Origin: a virus
IMG/VR virus record: IMGVR_UViG_3300036766_000185
Location: 32,182-96,181 of that record
Reading direction: 5' to 3' (one strand)
Length of the DNA stretch: 64,000 bases
Of this stretch, positions 10,281-21,167 are shown in pieces. The translations under genes and the position numbers were made by a program. Positions within the stretch are counted from its first letter, which is position 1; every line of letters starts with the position of its first letter. The notes under the pieces are model-generated. The model was not told where the DNA came from. It did not search any database and was given only the letters and a program-made list of their open reading frames with translations.

Positions 10281-11054
10281 TCATAGCGCCATTCTTTCAT
10301 TTTTTTCAGGACTAGGGATGGTAACTCGACCTGCATAGCCTCCGTGGCCTTTGCAGAAGAAGGTTTGGTAACAAGTCTTACCTTGATATCGAATCCCATC
10401 CTTTCGCAGATCTTGACTGCCACAGTTAGCGCATCGAAAATCGCCGTAAAATGCTGATAAGTTCAGCTTCGGCTTAATGTGTGGCTGGAACTTATTCCAC
10501 AAAGCTCGCGTGTCCTCAACGTCCTTGCGATTGTAAGCACACATTTTATCAAAACTCTTTTTGTTCTTGCACTCTAAGATATCAATCCAGTCTTGCATTT
10601 CCATCTTCACTTTTCCGCCTAGCCCGAACTGTTTAGAAATGTAGTCTAAACTAGCAGACGGGAAGGCGAAATGCTTTCGAATCTGTTTCTCTAAGTCATC
10701 AGTATACTTCGCCCACTCAGGCAGAGGAGGCAGATTATTGAGCACTCGCTGAGTATTTATGTACTTAATATCAAACTTGTCTGAGTTTTTACCAATAGCT
10801 ACGTCAGCCATTTTGACAATTTTATCAAATTCACGAATCACTTTTCCCGAATCCTGCTCTTTAAAGCCCCAATCAATTGTCCTAGCCGATTTGCCGTCGT
10901 TAAACGCATAGCTTATGCAAATAATCCCATATCTACTGCTCTGCTCGGCTAGCTGATGCTGTCGTACATATTGCTTGCCGAGTCTCCAAACATAGACGAG
11001 AAGGGGCGTAGTCTCAATATCGAAGAACATCACCAAAGGCTTTTTATTCAACAT
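10281..11054 (-). CDS. RNase H-like (DnaQ-type) 3'-5' exonuclease with C-terminal zinc ribbon
   Basis: FFDIET, KNSDKFD, YNRKDV exonuclease motifs; CANCGS...C..H tail. Confidence 0.8.
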   Translation of the reverse strand: MLNKKPLVMFFDIETTPLLVYVWRLGKQYVRQHQLAEQSSRYGIICISYAFNDGKSARTIDWGFKEQDSGKVIREFDKIVKMADVAIGKNSDKFDIKYINTQRVLNNLPPLPEWAKYTDDLEKQIRKHFAFPSASLDYISKQFGLGGKVKMEMQDWIDILECKNKKSFDKMCAYNRKDVEDTRALWNKFQPHIKPKLNLSAFYGDFRCANCGSQDLRKDGIRYQGKTCYQTFFCKGHGGYAGRVTIPSPEKNERMAL

Positions 11055-11087
11055 TCTTTCTCCTTGTTTTCTTCTTCTCTAGTATAG

Positions 11088-11116
11088 AGTATATCACACC
11101 ACATACAACCAGTAAA
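11088..11116 (-). promoter_or_regulatory. Sigma70-type promoter of the repeated family
   Basis: TTTACT-N17-TATACT with GGTGTGA immediately before the -10. Confidence 0.6.
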
Positions 11117-12808
11117 TTATTCCTTTAGAACGCGTGATTCCCCGTCAATCTTCTTGACTACTATCACGTTTTCTGCAGCGTACATATCTCTAATATCGGT
11201 GTGAGTCACCACGATCACTCGTTCGAACTGAGGGCGAAGCTGTTGCGACAGTTCTACAAATTTGATCTTTCCAAGCTCATCAAGAGAACCAAACCCTTCG
11301 TCTATAATTAGGGTAGAGATCTTGAAGTTATTTCTTCGCGCTAGAACGCTGGACAGCGCAATTCTAATAGCCAAATCAATTCTAAACTTCTCGCCCCCAC
11401 TCAAAGAGTCATACAATCTCCGATTCAAATCAGATAGCACAGCGATATCAAGAGTCTCTCCTATCCCACCGCTCTTGAGAGTCTTTTGTGTTGAGATCTC
11501 TAGTCTCAATTTTCTATCCGACAACACCTCTAGCAGCTTGTTAGATTCTAGTTCAATCTCCGGGATTACACTTTCAATGATACGAGTGGGAATTCCGTTC
11601 TTGTCGAAAGCTCCCTCCAGGGCGCTTAAAACTGCATGGTCATCGTCAATTAAAATTAGAGCGGCTTCAAGCTCTCTAACTCGTTGTTCCAATTTCAATT
11701 TTTCCGTTTCTTTGGCTTGAAGAAATCCAAGAGCAGATTCTAACGCTCGAATCGACGCATCGATGATCTCCGCCTGCTCGAAAATCGCTCTGATTCGAAG
11801 CTCGAATGCATTTATAGTTTGCTGCTGATGTGTTGTCCGTTCTAGCATTTGAAGAATCTTAGAACTAACACCAGAGCGCTCCTCTGCGTATCGAGATAAT
11901 CTTGTTTTAAGAGTTTTTATCAAGTCTACTTTTCTTTGCTCGTCAAGTTTAGACAAACAGAGCGGGCATTCTCCATTCATCTTGGCTAGCGTCTCAACTC
12001 TAGCGGCTACCTTGCTCATAGCATCGTCTAGCTGAACACCATACATAGACAATTTTGATCGTTCTACGACATTAGAAGCTAGTTTGGCTTTTTCTTCGGC
12101 TAGCGGCATATCGATAGACGAACGCTCGTCTGATAAGGTCTTTTCTAGGGTGATTTGCTCTCTTAGTTTATCTCTCTGCTCTTCTAGTGAAGATTCCTCA
12201 ACCGCATCAGCTAGCTGCATCTGTACAGCAGACAAGCTTAGATCTGTAGCGAAAGATTCCTTCTCTTTATTCTTCAAACGCAGTCTAACTTCCTCTAGAT
12301 ACTTATCGTATTCATCTAGACGCAGAATCTTCATTATGATGTGCTTTGCCTCTTTGGGAGCTAGAACACTAAAACTGTCTGATTTTCCCTGCTCGACGCA
12401 AGCACTCATAATAAAAAGATCGTACGTCATACCCAGCAGATTTTCAATTTTCTGTTGAGTCTCTGCAATCGTAGCACCATTATCGGGATGCCCCTTCCCA
12501 TCAATGTAGCTAACATCTAGATTAAGAGTAGTTTTCTTTTCGCGCTCTCTCACTCTTCGTACACGATACGCATTCTGACCTAGTGAAAACTCTACTTCGA
12601 CCTCGCAGCTTTTCTCGCCCTCGGTGATTAGCTCGTCTCCGTTAGCTCTAGCACGTCCAAATAAGCACCAGGTAACTGCATCTTTAACTAGAGAGGATTT
12701 TCCTGCACCATTCTCCCCTACTACTATAACTGGATTCATGCTAGTTATATCTAGCTCTGTATGCTTATGAGAGAGAAAATTATGAACAGAAATCTTGTCG
12801 ATTCTCAT
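11117..12808 (-). CDS. sbcC: SbcC/Rad50-like SMC ATPase (T4 gp46-like)
   Basis: GENGAGKSS, coiled coil with CPLC zinc hook, LSGGE signature, IIDEGFGSLD, VVTH. Confidence 0.92.
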   Translation of the reverse strand: MRIDKISVHNFLSHKHTELDITSMNPVIVVGENGAGKSSLVKDAVTWCLFGRARANGDELITEGEKSCEVEVEFSLGQNAYRVRRVREREKKTTLNLDVSYIDGKGHPDNGATIAETQQKIENLLGMTYDLFIMSACVEQGKSDSFSVLAPKEAKHIIMKILRLDEYDKYLEEVRLRLKNKEKESFATDLSLSAVQMQLADAVEESSLEEQRDKLREQITLEKTLSDERSSIDMPLAEEKAKLASNVVERSKLSMYGVQLDDAMSKVAARVETLAKMNGECPLCLSKLDEQRKVDLIKTLKTRLSRYAEERSGVSSKILQMLERTTHQQQTINAFELRIRAIFEQAEIIDASIRALESALGFLQAKETEKLKLEQRVRELEAALILIDDDHAVLSALEGAFDKNGIPTRIIESVIPEIELESNKLLEVLSDRKLRLEISTQKTLKSGGIGETLDIAVLSDLNRRLYDSLSGGEKFRIDLAIRIALSSVLARRNNFKISTLIIDEGFGSLDELGKIKFVELSQQLRPQFERVIVVTHTDIRDMYAAENVIVVKKIDGESRVLKE

Positions 12809-12961
12809 TCAGAAGTTACGTCCTCTAAATCCACATCAAAGTTCTCTACGTCTACTGTTGACACCGCCTGACAGACCATACAGCGAATGTCAATGGCCTC
12901 TTTAGTCTCATGAGAGGATACAACGGTAACTTCCTCAGAGAAACAGAAGGAGCACTTGACA

Positions 12962-13930
12962 CTATTCATTCTTTGCCTCGATAGCTCGCTCACTCATCAT
13001 CTTGTCCACGACTAGTAAACAAAGCTTGGGAGCTTGCTTTTTTATTAAGTTGAATTGTAATGTGTTAAAATCCTTTACAAGAAGCCAACACTCTTCCTTC
13101 ATAATATCTTCTATCACAGCACGGGGTAGCACGTGCATGATTGTTCTGTCGATTGGCAATCCCTGCTCATCTTTAAGTCTCAAAATTGCTTTCCTAATTC
13201 GTGCTTCGGTATAGAATGCGGTGAGAAATCTAGAGGTATCATCTTGGAGATCTTTCACTCCACCACCAAAAGCTGCCATATTAGCCTCTTTGAAGGATTG
13301 AGTTACTAATTTGGCGAACATTTGTCTCCCGTACACATTTCTGCGAAAGTAATTCTTTATAACGATTCCTTCCATTCTGCCTTCATAGTAAGCGCTGTTA
13401 CCAATGAAGTTTTCTAATCTCGCCACATCAATTTCTGCTACTGTAGTCTTCAAAATGAGTGGAACAATCGAAAGTCCCAGTCTTTCATATTCAGCTTTAA
13501 CAGCCTCATAAGGAAGATAGATATGAGTCAGCGTATTATAGATATCGAACCCCATAAACTGAGGAGTTCGCGCCCAGTCGTAGTTGATAGTATGCTTTTT
13601 GCACCACTCGCCATAGTAGATGTAGTCGGGATGCAAGACTTCAGCCCAAGTTTTACCCGCCACGAAATTTTCACTCATTTTATCAACCAACCAGTTGGCG
13701 TTTTTCCCAAACTGCTTGAGTTGCGGACTATTGGCATCAGTGAGTTTGAACTGATTGTTTCTGGATCCAAAAAGAAGTTCACCTTCCCACACTCTAAATT
13801 GGGCATTGCCCCCATCTATTTTTTCTTGAATAACAATAACGTCTGTAGGCTCAGAAAAGAGACCATAATTTTCCTCATGACCAAGACGCTCTATATCCAA
13901 ATACTTGTGAAATGTCGGGAGATCGCTCAT
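12962..13930 (-). CDS. RNA ligase, Rnl2-like
   Basis: EKIDGGN motif I, YGEW, FDI, EGIVIK, AKLV, plus helical C-terminal domain. Confidence 0.82.
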   Translation of the reverse strand: MSDLPTFHKYLDIERLGHEENYGLFSEPTDVIVIQEKIDGGNAQFRVWEGELLFGSRNNQFKLTDANSPQLKQFGKNANWLVDKMSENFVAGKTWAEVLHPDYIYYGEWCKKHTINYDWARTPQFMGFDIYNTLTHIYLPYEAVKAEYERLGLSIVPLILKTTVAEIDVARLENFIGNSAYYEGRMEGIVIKNYFRRNVYGRQMFAKLVTQSFKEANMAAFGGGVKDLQDDTSRFLTAFYTEARIRKAILRLKDEQGLPIDRTIMHVLPRAVIEDIMKEECWLLVKDFNTLQFNLIKKQAPKLCLLVVDKMMSERAIEAKNE

Positions 13931-14290
13931 TTCTTAGCCCTGCACTTTCCACATTTTCCTTTGATGGTATAAGTCATACAATGACATGAATCACACAGAG
14001 AGATTTCATTTCGAAAAGCTTCGAACTTCTCTGGAGTCCAATCTTGTCGCTCGATCCACCCGCCTCCCATCGAGCACGTAGAAAGGTGCACCTCTTCTCC
14101 TGGTCTACTATGGGCCCCGCACTCTTTACACTTACTCATTCTCTTCTGCGCTCTGTTCTTCATCAAGCTCACTTATCTCTCCGCACTCTAGACACTCGAT
14201 TATGGTGATCAATTCAATCGAAGTCTGAACCTTTTCGATCTCTCTCACCAACTCAGATTGACATGAAGAGCAGTTCATTTTATTTGTCCC

Positions 14291-14770
14291 TTAGTATCTG
14301 TAATCATAGATTCTCTCTAGGCCGTAACGCTTCAATATCGAGCTATCAGTCAGATCATCTTCCATCAATTTTCTAAAGTCTACATACACTCCCGCACCAG
14401 CATATACACTCTGAGCAAAATCGTCGCATAAGATCTTTCCTGACCTGTATCCCACAGGAAGCTGCAGACATTTCAAAACGAAGCCAACCCAGTCAAAGTC
14501 TAAGATTTCATAGTTATACAGAGCAGCCCGCATCCAGGATTCATCAAGATAGGCGGCGTCAACTCGTCGCAAAATCACGATCTGTTTCTGTCTGTATTCG
14601 TTCATGTCGCCAACTCTGACGCCCTGCTTCAATGTCAATTCAAGAATTTCGTTGTCGTCTCGACACAGGAGGACGTGGTTCCAATAGAAGTGCAGAAGCT
14701 TGCGACTAAGCCAATGTCGCCACTTCGTACCTCTGGCTAACACTATATCTCCTGCTTTAACTTCAATCAT
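14291..14770 (-). CDS. Permuted papain-like (YaeF/YiiX, NlpC/P60) enzyme
   Basis: GDIVL...WNHV...(K)ILCDDF: His precedes Cys, as in the permuted arrangement. Confidence 0.65.
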   Translation of the reverse strand: MIEVKAGDIVLARGTKWRHWLSRKLLHFYWNHVLLCRDDNEILELTLKQGVRVGDMNEYRQKQIVILRRVDAAYLDESWMRAALYNYEILDFDWVGFVLKCLQLPVGYRSGKILCDDFAQSVYAGAGVYVDFRKLMEDDLTDSSILKRYGLERIYDYRY

Positions 14771-15036
14771 TAGATTCTCTCTGTCGCTATAACTAATCTT
14801 CCTGTTCCTCGATCATATGCCCTAGCAATAGCCTTTAACTCGTGCAGCAGCTTGTTACACAACTTCTCCATCTCCACGTCATATTCTGGTTTGGTTGCAT
14901 CGTCTACAGTTACAGAGATAGACAACTTGTAGCTTCTAGTTTTCTGAGTCATTTTTATTTCCCGCGTCGAACAAGCAGCGTGAAAACAACAATAGCCACA
15001 ACTCCAACCAAAAGAGTAAGCGCGTTTCCTGACATT

Positions 15037-15630
15037 TTATTCTCCTTTCAGTTTACCCCTGTTTACGATATCCCACTTTACAGCAGAAAGCTGCGCATCT
15101 TCTCTCTTACGATTCTGCGACCGCGCATCAAGTTTAGCTACCATTTCTATCGCGGCTCTCGTAGCCTTATTATTAAAATCACGAACTACATTATCAACAG
15201 TTCTATCGCTAACATCAAAAAGGTTCTGATCTCGAATGTCTCTGGTCGACTGAGAAGTTTGATCGTTTAATTGAGCCGTTGCATAGGCTCTGAAATCAAA
15301 GTGCAGACGCTCGCCGAATTTGCTCGTCCAATACGCGATCTCAGAATCAGATAATTCGCTCTTAAACGGTTGAGTCTCTAGCGATACAAACAAGTCCAAC
15401 CCTCCCGTATACAAGTCTGGTCTTTTTACTTGACAGTCTGAAACTGCATGAAGATATAGTTTAGATTGTACTAAACTCGTAGCGATGATAAAGGCAATCT
15501 CTCTCAATCTCTCAGCCAGAAGATATCTAATAGAAGTTTTCGACTGATTCATCTGCTGATATCTAGTGATGAGGGTTCCATACCAGCCGTACAGACTCTG
15601 ATCTTGTCGATTACCCTCTAGTAGTGGCAT
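15037..15630 (-). CDS. Hypothetical protein
   Basis: ORF overlapping the sbcD stop. Confidence 0.55.
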   Translation of the reverse strand: MPLLEGNRQDQSLYGWYGTLITRYQQMNQSKTSIRYLLAERLREIAFIIATSLVQSKLYLHAVSDCQVKRPDLYTGGLDLFVSLETQPFKSELSDSEIAYWTSKFGERLHFDFRAYATAQLNDQTSQSTRDIRDQNLFDVSDRTVDNVVRDFNNKATRAAIEMVAKLDARSQNRKREDAQLSAVKWDIVNRGKLKGE

Positions 15631-16639
15631 CGATCACTTCCTTTCCTACTGTCATCACTTTCGTTTTTTCTAGCTCAGATAACGAGGACTCTTTTAAATA
15701 GTCTGATAGCGCGTCAATCGCCGAAATCTGCTCAGACATAATTCTTTGAGAGGTGGGAACACTCTCTCTAACAACGTCATACTGTATTGTAAGCTCTTTA
15801 GCTCTGGAAGTCATTTGACGCACTACATCTTCCTTGACATTTCTTGCAATCTCATTCGCCGTACCGTGAAAAATTATCTTGACAATAGCATCTTCAATTT
15901 CATTCACATGTAGCACAGTAGCACCAACATTAGATGCGTCAATGTCGTATTGAATCATCGAGCGGGTCTTAAGAGGAATAAACTCTGCTGTAATATGATG
16001 GTCGTCAATTGTTCCCTCCGGCTTAAGAGCGACAAACTGTACATCAAGTATTGTTACACCCTTTATATCGTCGCGCTCTCCAAAATCGACATGTTCAATA
16101 CTACCCGAATACATGATCAAAGGATTCTCCCTCAAAATCTGATGCTTGTGTACATCGCCTAAAACATATGCTTTACAGTTTGGGTACTTAGCTAGGAGTT
16201 CGTCTGTGCTCATGGCTTCCATTAGTTGATAATCGGTGGGACCAATCTTCGCTTCTCTGAGCAGCAGGTGTCCCATAAATATAGTATCCTCGATGTAGGG
16301 ATTAGTTACAATCTTTACATCCTTAATCTGCAACTCTTCAAACGAATGGTAGCTGTGAACACCGTTCGGATATTCGTCGTGATTCCCACGCAGAATAACA
16401 AATTTCACACCAGAACCCGTAGCGCTCGGTGGAGCTACAATAGATCGCACCCATCGTTCGAACATTGCAAGCTCTTGACTATGAGGACGACGACTGGTAA
16501 AAGTGTCCCCTAGAATCAACACCTTATCGACTTTCTCTTTGAAGATAAGCTGCTTAATCTGCTCCAGAGCCGACACTGTATCGTCGAAGCGACGATTGAT
16601 GTTCAAGTGAATATCGGAACAGATCAAGTAGCGGCTCAT
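15611..16639 (-). CDS. sbcD: SbcD/Mre11-like metallophosphoesterase nuclease (T4 gp47-like)
   Basis: SDIH, LGDTF, GNHD, GDVH, YSGS motifs. Confidence 0.9.
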   Translation of the reverse strand: MSRYLICSDIHLNINRRFDDTVSALEQIKQLIFKEKVDKVLILGDTFTSRRPHSQELAMFERWVRSIVAPPSATGSGVKFVILRGNHDEYPNGVHSYHSFEELQIKDVKIVTNPYIEDTIFMGHLLLREAKIGPTDYQLMEAMSTDELLAKYPNCKAYVLGDVHKHQILRENPLIMYSGSIEHVDFGERDDIKGVTILDVQFVALKPEGTIDDHHITAEFIPLKTRSMIQYDIDASNVGATVLHVNEIEDAIVKIIFHGTANEIARNVKEDVVRQMTSRAKELTIQYDVVRESVPTSQRIMSEQISAIDALSDYLKESSLSELEKTKVMTVGKEVIDATTRG

Positions 16640-17502
16640 TTCTTGTCCTTGTTCTTCTTATTCGCATCATCGATAGCTTTATCGATACGTTCTTTTTCTT
16701 CTGTCTCTTTGACCATCTGCTGTAATTCTGTCTCTTTAATTCTAGTCATTTGATCTATGCGAATAGATAGATAGTCCTTTACGCGCATTCTAAGCTCAAT
16801 GTCGCTTTCTTCAACTTTTCGTTTAATACCTACCAATCCGACAATCTCATCAAGATCAGCACCCTCTTTCTCAAAAAACTCTTCTCTCTTCCCCGCAATA
16901 AAAACATCGAAGAAGTCTGATTCTGAGATTTGCGCTTTTAGCAGATCAACAATTGGGAATACTCGCTCAATTTTGACTAACAATGTTGGTTTCGCTTTTT
17001 TCTCACTACCCTTAACAGGGTCCGCCATATTATAGTCAACTTTTACTAAGTTAGTTCTAACGTAGACTGGAATGTTCTGTACGCGCAGCAAGAGCAAAAT
17101 CTCCTGAGAGGCTGCGAGAGCATCAAACATCTGTGCAACAATCTCAAGTCGTAGAGTGAAAGAAGGCATTTTCGCCATTGGGTCCTTCTTTTTCTTCTTA
17201 GAAGATCCTACCTCTTCTTCCATCTCCTGAAAGTCTGGAGACTCAAATGGTACATCATCTTCTGGGTAATATTCTCTACCGCCTCCATCGGAATATGTAC
17301 TCCCTCCGCCAGATGAAACGTTCTCTATATTGATAATATCAATTTGAAATTTCTTACTATCGCAAATAAGCAACACTGGGCTAACTATCTTAAACGGAAC
17401 CGATCTAGTGTCTATCTTTTTATAGCGGATAAGATTAACCAGTTCCTCAGGGGTTAAGTCTAGAGTATGCTGAACCGTTTTGTCTACTATTTTGATTCTC
17501 AT
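16636..17502 (-). CDS. Hypothetical protein
   Basis: Long ORF coupled to sbcD by a 4-nt overlap. Confidence 0.6.
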   Translation of the reverse strand: MRIKIVDKTVQHTLDLTPEELVNLIRYKKIDTRSVPFKIVSPVLLICDSKKFQIDIINIENVSSGGGSTYSDGGGREYYPEDDVPFESPDFQEMEEEVGSSKKKKKDPMAKMPSFTLRLEIVAQMFDALAASQEILLLLRVQNIPVYVRTNLVKVDYNMADPVKGSEKKAKPTLLVKIERVFPIVDLLKAQISESDFFDVFIAGKREEFFEKEGADLDEIVGLVGIKRKVEESDIELRMRVKDYLSIRIDQMTRIKETELQQMVKETEEKERIDKAIDDANKKNKDKK

Positions 17503-17740
17503 TTCTTGAGTTTAGTTACTTCCCATGGGTGTCGAAGTCCTTGCAAATACTCACCGCCATCGGGTCCTTCTTTTCTACCTTCATTCAAAGTCTTAATCAA
17601 CACCATCAGACATCCAACATTATTGACCTTAGACGATAGACTCGCTATGCCCTGTTGAAAAGTTAACCCTACAATGGAACATTCATTCCCTGTCAGATCA
17701 TCTAACACACGCTCCCCTATATCGAATCCCAGATCAACTT

Positions 17741-18145
17741 TCATTTTTCACTTTCTTGTTGATCATCTGTCTTAGTTGGAACAGAAATTGTTCTCCTCTC
17801 AATATCTCTCATGAAGTCAATTAGCTCTTGCATTGAGTTATGCATTCCCTCAAGCTCACCTTCTAGCTCTGCGATTTCTTTCTCCAACTGTTCTTTCTCC
17901 CACGCGCTAGTTGCTTCTTTCAATTTTCTCTTTAAGCGGTCTAGCTCCTTCGAATGGGAGTCATATTTCTCCTTTAGTTTGGCATAGAGATCCTCGATGG
18001 CTCTCTGCTTTTCTTGCTGCTTCTCGTAGGGAATCTCCCCAGACTTACGCATTTCAGAGATTTCTTCCTTAAGTATTTGAAACTGGCGTTTAGTGCGAGC
18101 GTAGCATGGCATTAGCGTATCACCTCGATTTTGGGAGAGCAGCAC
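17741..18145 (-). CDS. Coiled-coil hypothetical protein
   Basis: E/K/L heptad-rich sequence. Confidence 0.55.
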   Translation of the reverse strand: MLLSQNRGDTLMPCYARTKRQFQILKEEISEMRKSGEIPYEKQQEKQRAIEDLYAKLKEKYDSHSKELDRLKRKLKEATSAWEKEQLEKEIAELEGELEGMHNSMQELIDFMRDIERRTISVPTKTDDQQESEK

Positions 18146-18396
18146 CCGTCGCAGCCATGAATCCCCTCATCAATCTGTAATTCAAACTTTTTCTGTCGTC
18201 CCTGAAGCCACACTAGAGAGTCGGGGTCAGGATGCCCGATTCCATGAGGACAGATACGCTCAGTTAAAGCTCCTCTGTCCAGACGAATATTCAACTGCCA
18301 GTCTATCATATGGTGCTTACTCGGATTGTGAAAGCAGCATATAGTCCCCTCACACTGTTTCTTAGGGTGATAACACCCTTCTTTATTCGTTTTCAT
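18112..18396 (-). CDS. Cys/His-rich phage protein
   Basis: CCFHNPSKHHM...ERICPHGIGHPDPD...HGCDGCC. Confidence 0.6.
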   Translation of the reverse strand: MKTNKEGCYHPKKQCEGTICCFHNPSKHHMIDWQLNIRLDRGALTERICPHGIGHPDPDSLVWLQGRQKKFELQIDEGIHGCDGCCSPKIEVIR

Positions 18397-18810
18397 TATT
18401 ACTTCCCTCCAAAAATCCCCTTCGACTTTTTGGCTTCGATGATCTTAACAACTAGCTCACCGACGGTACGACTATACGCTGTAAGCTCTATTTGCTTCTG
18501 AGCCGCTGTGAGTAGAGCGTCTAGTTGCCAAGATTTTCGTACGTTTGCATTAGGCTGGATAGCGAATTCGCCTGTCTCTGGGTCTAGAATTAGAGTTGCC
18601 AGCCACAATCGCTTCTGTTGATCTGCCTGTGCTTTCTGCTGATCAGTCTCCACCTGCTTGACTTCTGTCGCTTCCTGCTTAAGTTCTGTTTCCTTCTTCT
18701 CGGCCATTTCGTCGGACATTGTTTATTTCTCCTCTAGTTTCAGTATTTCGTTTAACAGATAACTACCTCCCAATCCGCCCATGTTTCTCATTAAGATACT
18801 AAGTACGTCG

Positions 18811-19665
18811 TTAACCGCTCGATTGTACGCCTGTTGGCGAAGTCTCCGCTGCTGGAGCTTGCGTCTCTTTTTCATGAGCGACACTCGTTTCTTTCTCTTT
18901 CGGCTTTAATCCCTCTCCTTTGGAACGATCAAAATTATTGAGAGCCGACACTATCATACGCGACCCTCCTGCAATCTGATTAACACCAGTCCCAGCGATT
19001 CTTCCTGGGACTTCGAACGTCAGAGAGTATAGCGCTCCTCTTTTCTCAAAATAGAACTCCTCAAGTGTTCCCTCTTTATAGCTAGTAACCACTCCACTTT
19101 TACAGGTCTCCTTATAAACGGTCTTGGTTTTTCTAATGTCAAAATAGGCCGCTACGTCATTCAACACCAATCGCGCTAGAGAGTTGGACGTTGGAATTTT
19201 TCTCTCGTATATGTACGCAGAGCTTTCATCTGCATCTCCGTGTACGTCGAGAAATAACGATAATTTTGTAGGAGTGTTATCAAAGATCAATCGCAATTCT
19301 CTGGTATCTCGCTCCCCAACCTTTAAATTACTTCCCTTGCGATCTCCTGTCAATCTTGATGAGTGGCTCCATCCCCATGGATTCGCGCACGGAAAGATGT
19401 ACAGATTCCAGCGATCTTTATCTAATTCTCCCAGAGAGTGCAACAGACAATCAACACTCCAGTATTCGTTCCCATGTTGTCCCGCTACTATCACCACTGA
19501 ATCTTTGGCTCGTCGAGAGACTGATCTAATAGTTGGAAACGCAAAAGCTTCTTGTCCATACACAAGATGATCTAGAAATTTTACCTCTAGATCGGCCTTG
19601 GCTGCCTCTTCTATAATAGTGGTAAGCAGCCTATTATAGTCTTTGGGCCGCGACTGCTTCTCCAT
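18811..19665 (-). CDS. M14-family zinc peptidase/deacylase
   Basis: AGQHGNE zinc motif, NPWG, LDVH, FEVP. Confidence 0.8.
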   Translation of the reverse strand: MEKQSRPKDYNRLLTTIIEEAAKADLEVKFLDHLVYGQEAFAFPTIRSVSRRAKDSVVIVAGQHGNEYWSVDCLLHSLGELDKDRWNLYIFPCANPWGWSHSSRLTGDRKGSNLKVGERDTRELRLIFDNTPTKLSLFLDVHGDADESSAYIYERKIPTSNSLARLVLNDVAAYFDIRKTKTVYKETCKSGVVTSYKEGTLEEFYFEKRGALYSLTFEVPGRIAGTGVNQIAGGSRMIVSALNNFDRSKGEGLKPKEKETSVAHEKETQAPAAETSPTGVQSSG

Positions 19666-19810
19666 CGTCTCTGACCCTCTTATTAATTAGCTCGTCGTCC
19701 TAGCTCGCCAAGAACACATCCTGCCACAACAGCCCACCATAGATTGTGAGTAATCTGATACACAGCAAAAGCTCCGATCAGCGGAGCAAAATTAAAATCG
19801 ATGTTCCACA

Positions 19811-20113
19811 TTATAGAATTCCCTCTCTTATATTGTATCGTCGTCCGCCCATTTCAAGAACAAAGAGCGGAACTTTCCCTATCAGCGCTGCATTTTTTCT
19901 GAGAGTCTCCAGATCCTTAAAATTCAATTTAAAGCTCTTAGCGGTAGTAAACTTAGCTTGCACTAGATAGTCGAGCGTTGTGATATCCTCGCGCATTCCT
20001 GGAAACGCTCCAGATCCAGGCTGCACTCGTCCGCCGATCTTTTTAGCAAGCTTCTTTTCAAACTCTCGCCCTGCCACCTGCGGAGTCTTGGCTTTGAGCC
20101 AGCGTGGAATCAT
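19811..20113 (-). CDS. Small PD-(D/E)XK-type nuclease/resolvase
   Basis: EKKLAK...PGSGA...EDI...VQAK pattern. Confidence 0.55.
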   Translation of the reverse strand: MIPRWLKAKTPQVAGREFEKKLAKKIGGRVQPGSGAFPGMREDITTLDYLVQAKFTTAKSFKLNFKDLETLRKNAALIGKVPLFVLEMGGRRYNIREGIL

Positions 20114-21167
20114 CTTCGATTTTTCCTATCTCTTCCAGTTGTGTCGTAGGAATAATCGTTTTGACCAGTGTCATGAACATAATAAATTGGGTCTTCCTTC
20201 AAATGCACGGCTAGCTCGCTTTTAGGCGTACAGTGCTTGATTCGATAGCCTTTGCGATAGTGCGCATGACAGTCCATTTCCTCAGACGCAGAGACCGCAC
20301 TACATAGATTTAGAATTGAAACCATTACGAGAACCCAAACACGCATCTTATCCCTCTAAAGTGTAATTAAGAAACTCTTTCAACGTCTCTCATTTGCTCT
20401 CCAAGATTTGTTTCCACATTGGAACGTAGGGCTTCTGTCGCGCTCTAAGATGTTCAATTTCTGCATCAGTGGGAGCGACCATAGATTCTTGTATGATTTG
20501 CGCCCACAGATCTTTACGATTGTCTACACGAAACATGAGTCTACGCCCACCGCCCTGATAAATAGTAACAAGATACGCGACAGTTTTATTAATCGTCGAT
20601 ATCTCGTCTACTGTCTGCTCGACCAGACGCTTAATGTCGATACGACAGTCTGGATAGACTTTATCTTTAAGGCGTCTGCTCATTTTGCTTCCTCCCAAGG
20701 GGCTTGTCCCATTTTCTCTAGTGCATCAGCTAGGTACACGGCCTGTTCAACAGATTCCTGCGCAGAGAGTAGCGGAGTATAAGAATAAATAATGCCGTAG
20801 TTATCTCGATGAGAACCCAAATGAGAATACAATCGAAGGGCAGCCTCTGCTATAAACGTTGCTCTATTTGAGATATTTATACCTTGCATCAGTGCCCTTC
20901 GTAAAGTTCCTCTTTTTCTCGATCTATATCTCTTTGAACATCCTTGATCAACGCATCCAGATAGCCTTTGACAAAGTAAATGGATAACTTTCCCGTATCG
21001 TTAGCTATCGCCTTCTCTACTTCCTCTATCACGTTCTTTAAATGCGCAAGCATACCGTGATTGGTCATTAGTCGTATCTCCCGAACACAATGGCTTTTAG
21101 CAACCCTAGTGTGTTAGGTATCAGTCTCAACAGGAACAGAAACGGTTGCAACAGTGGCGCATTCATT

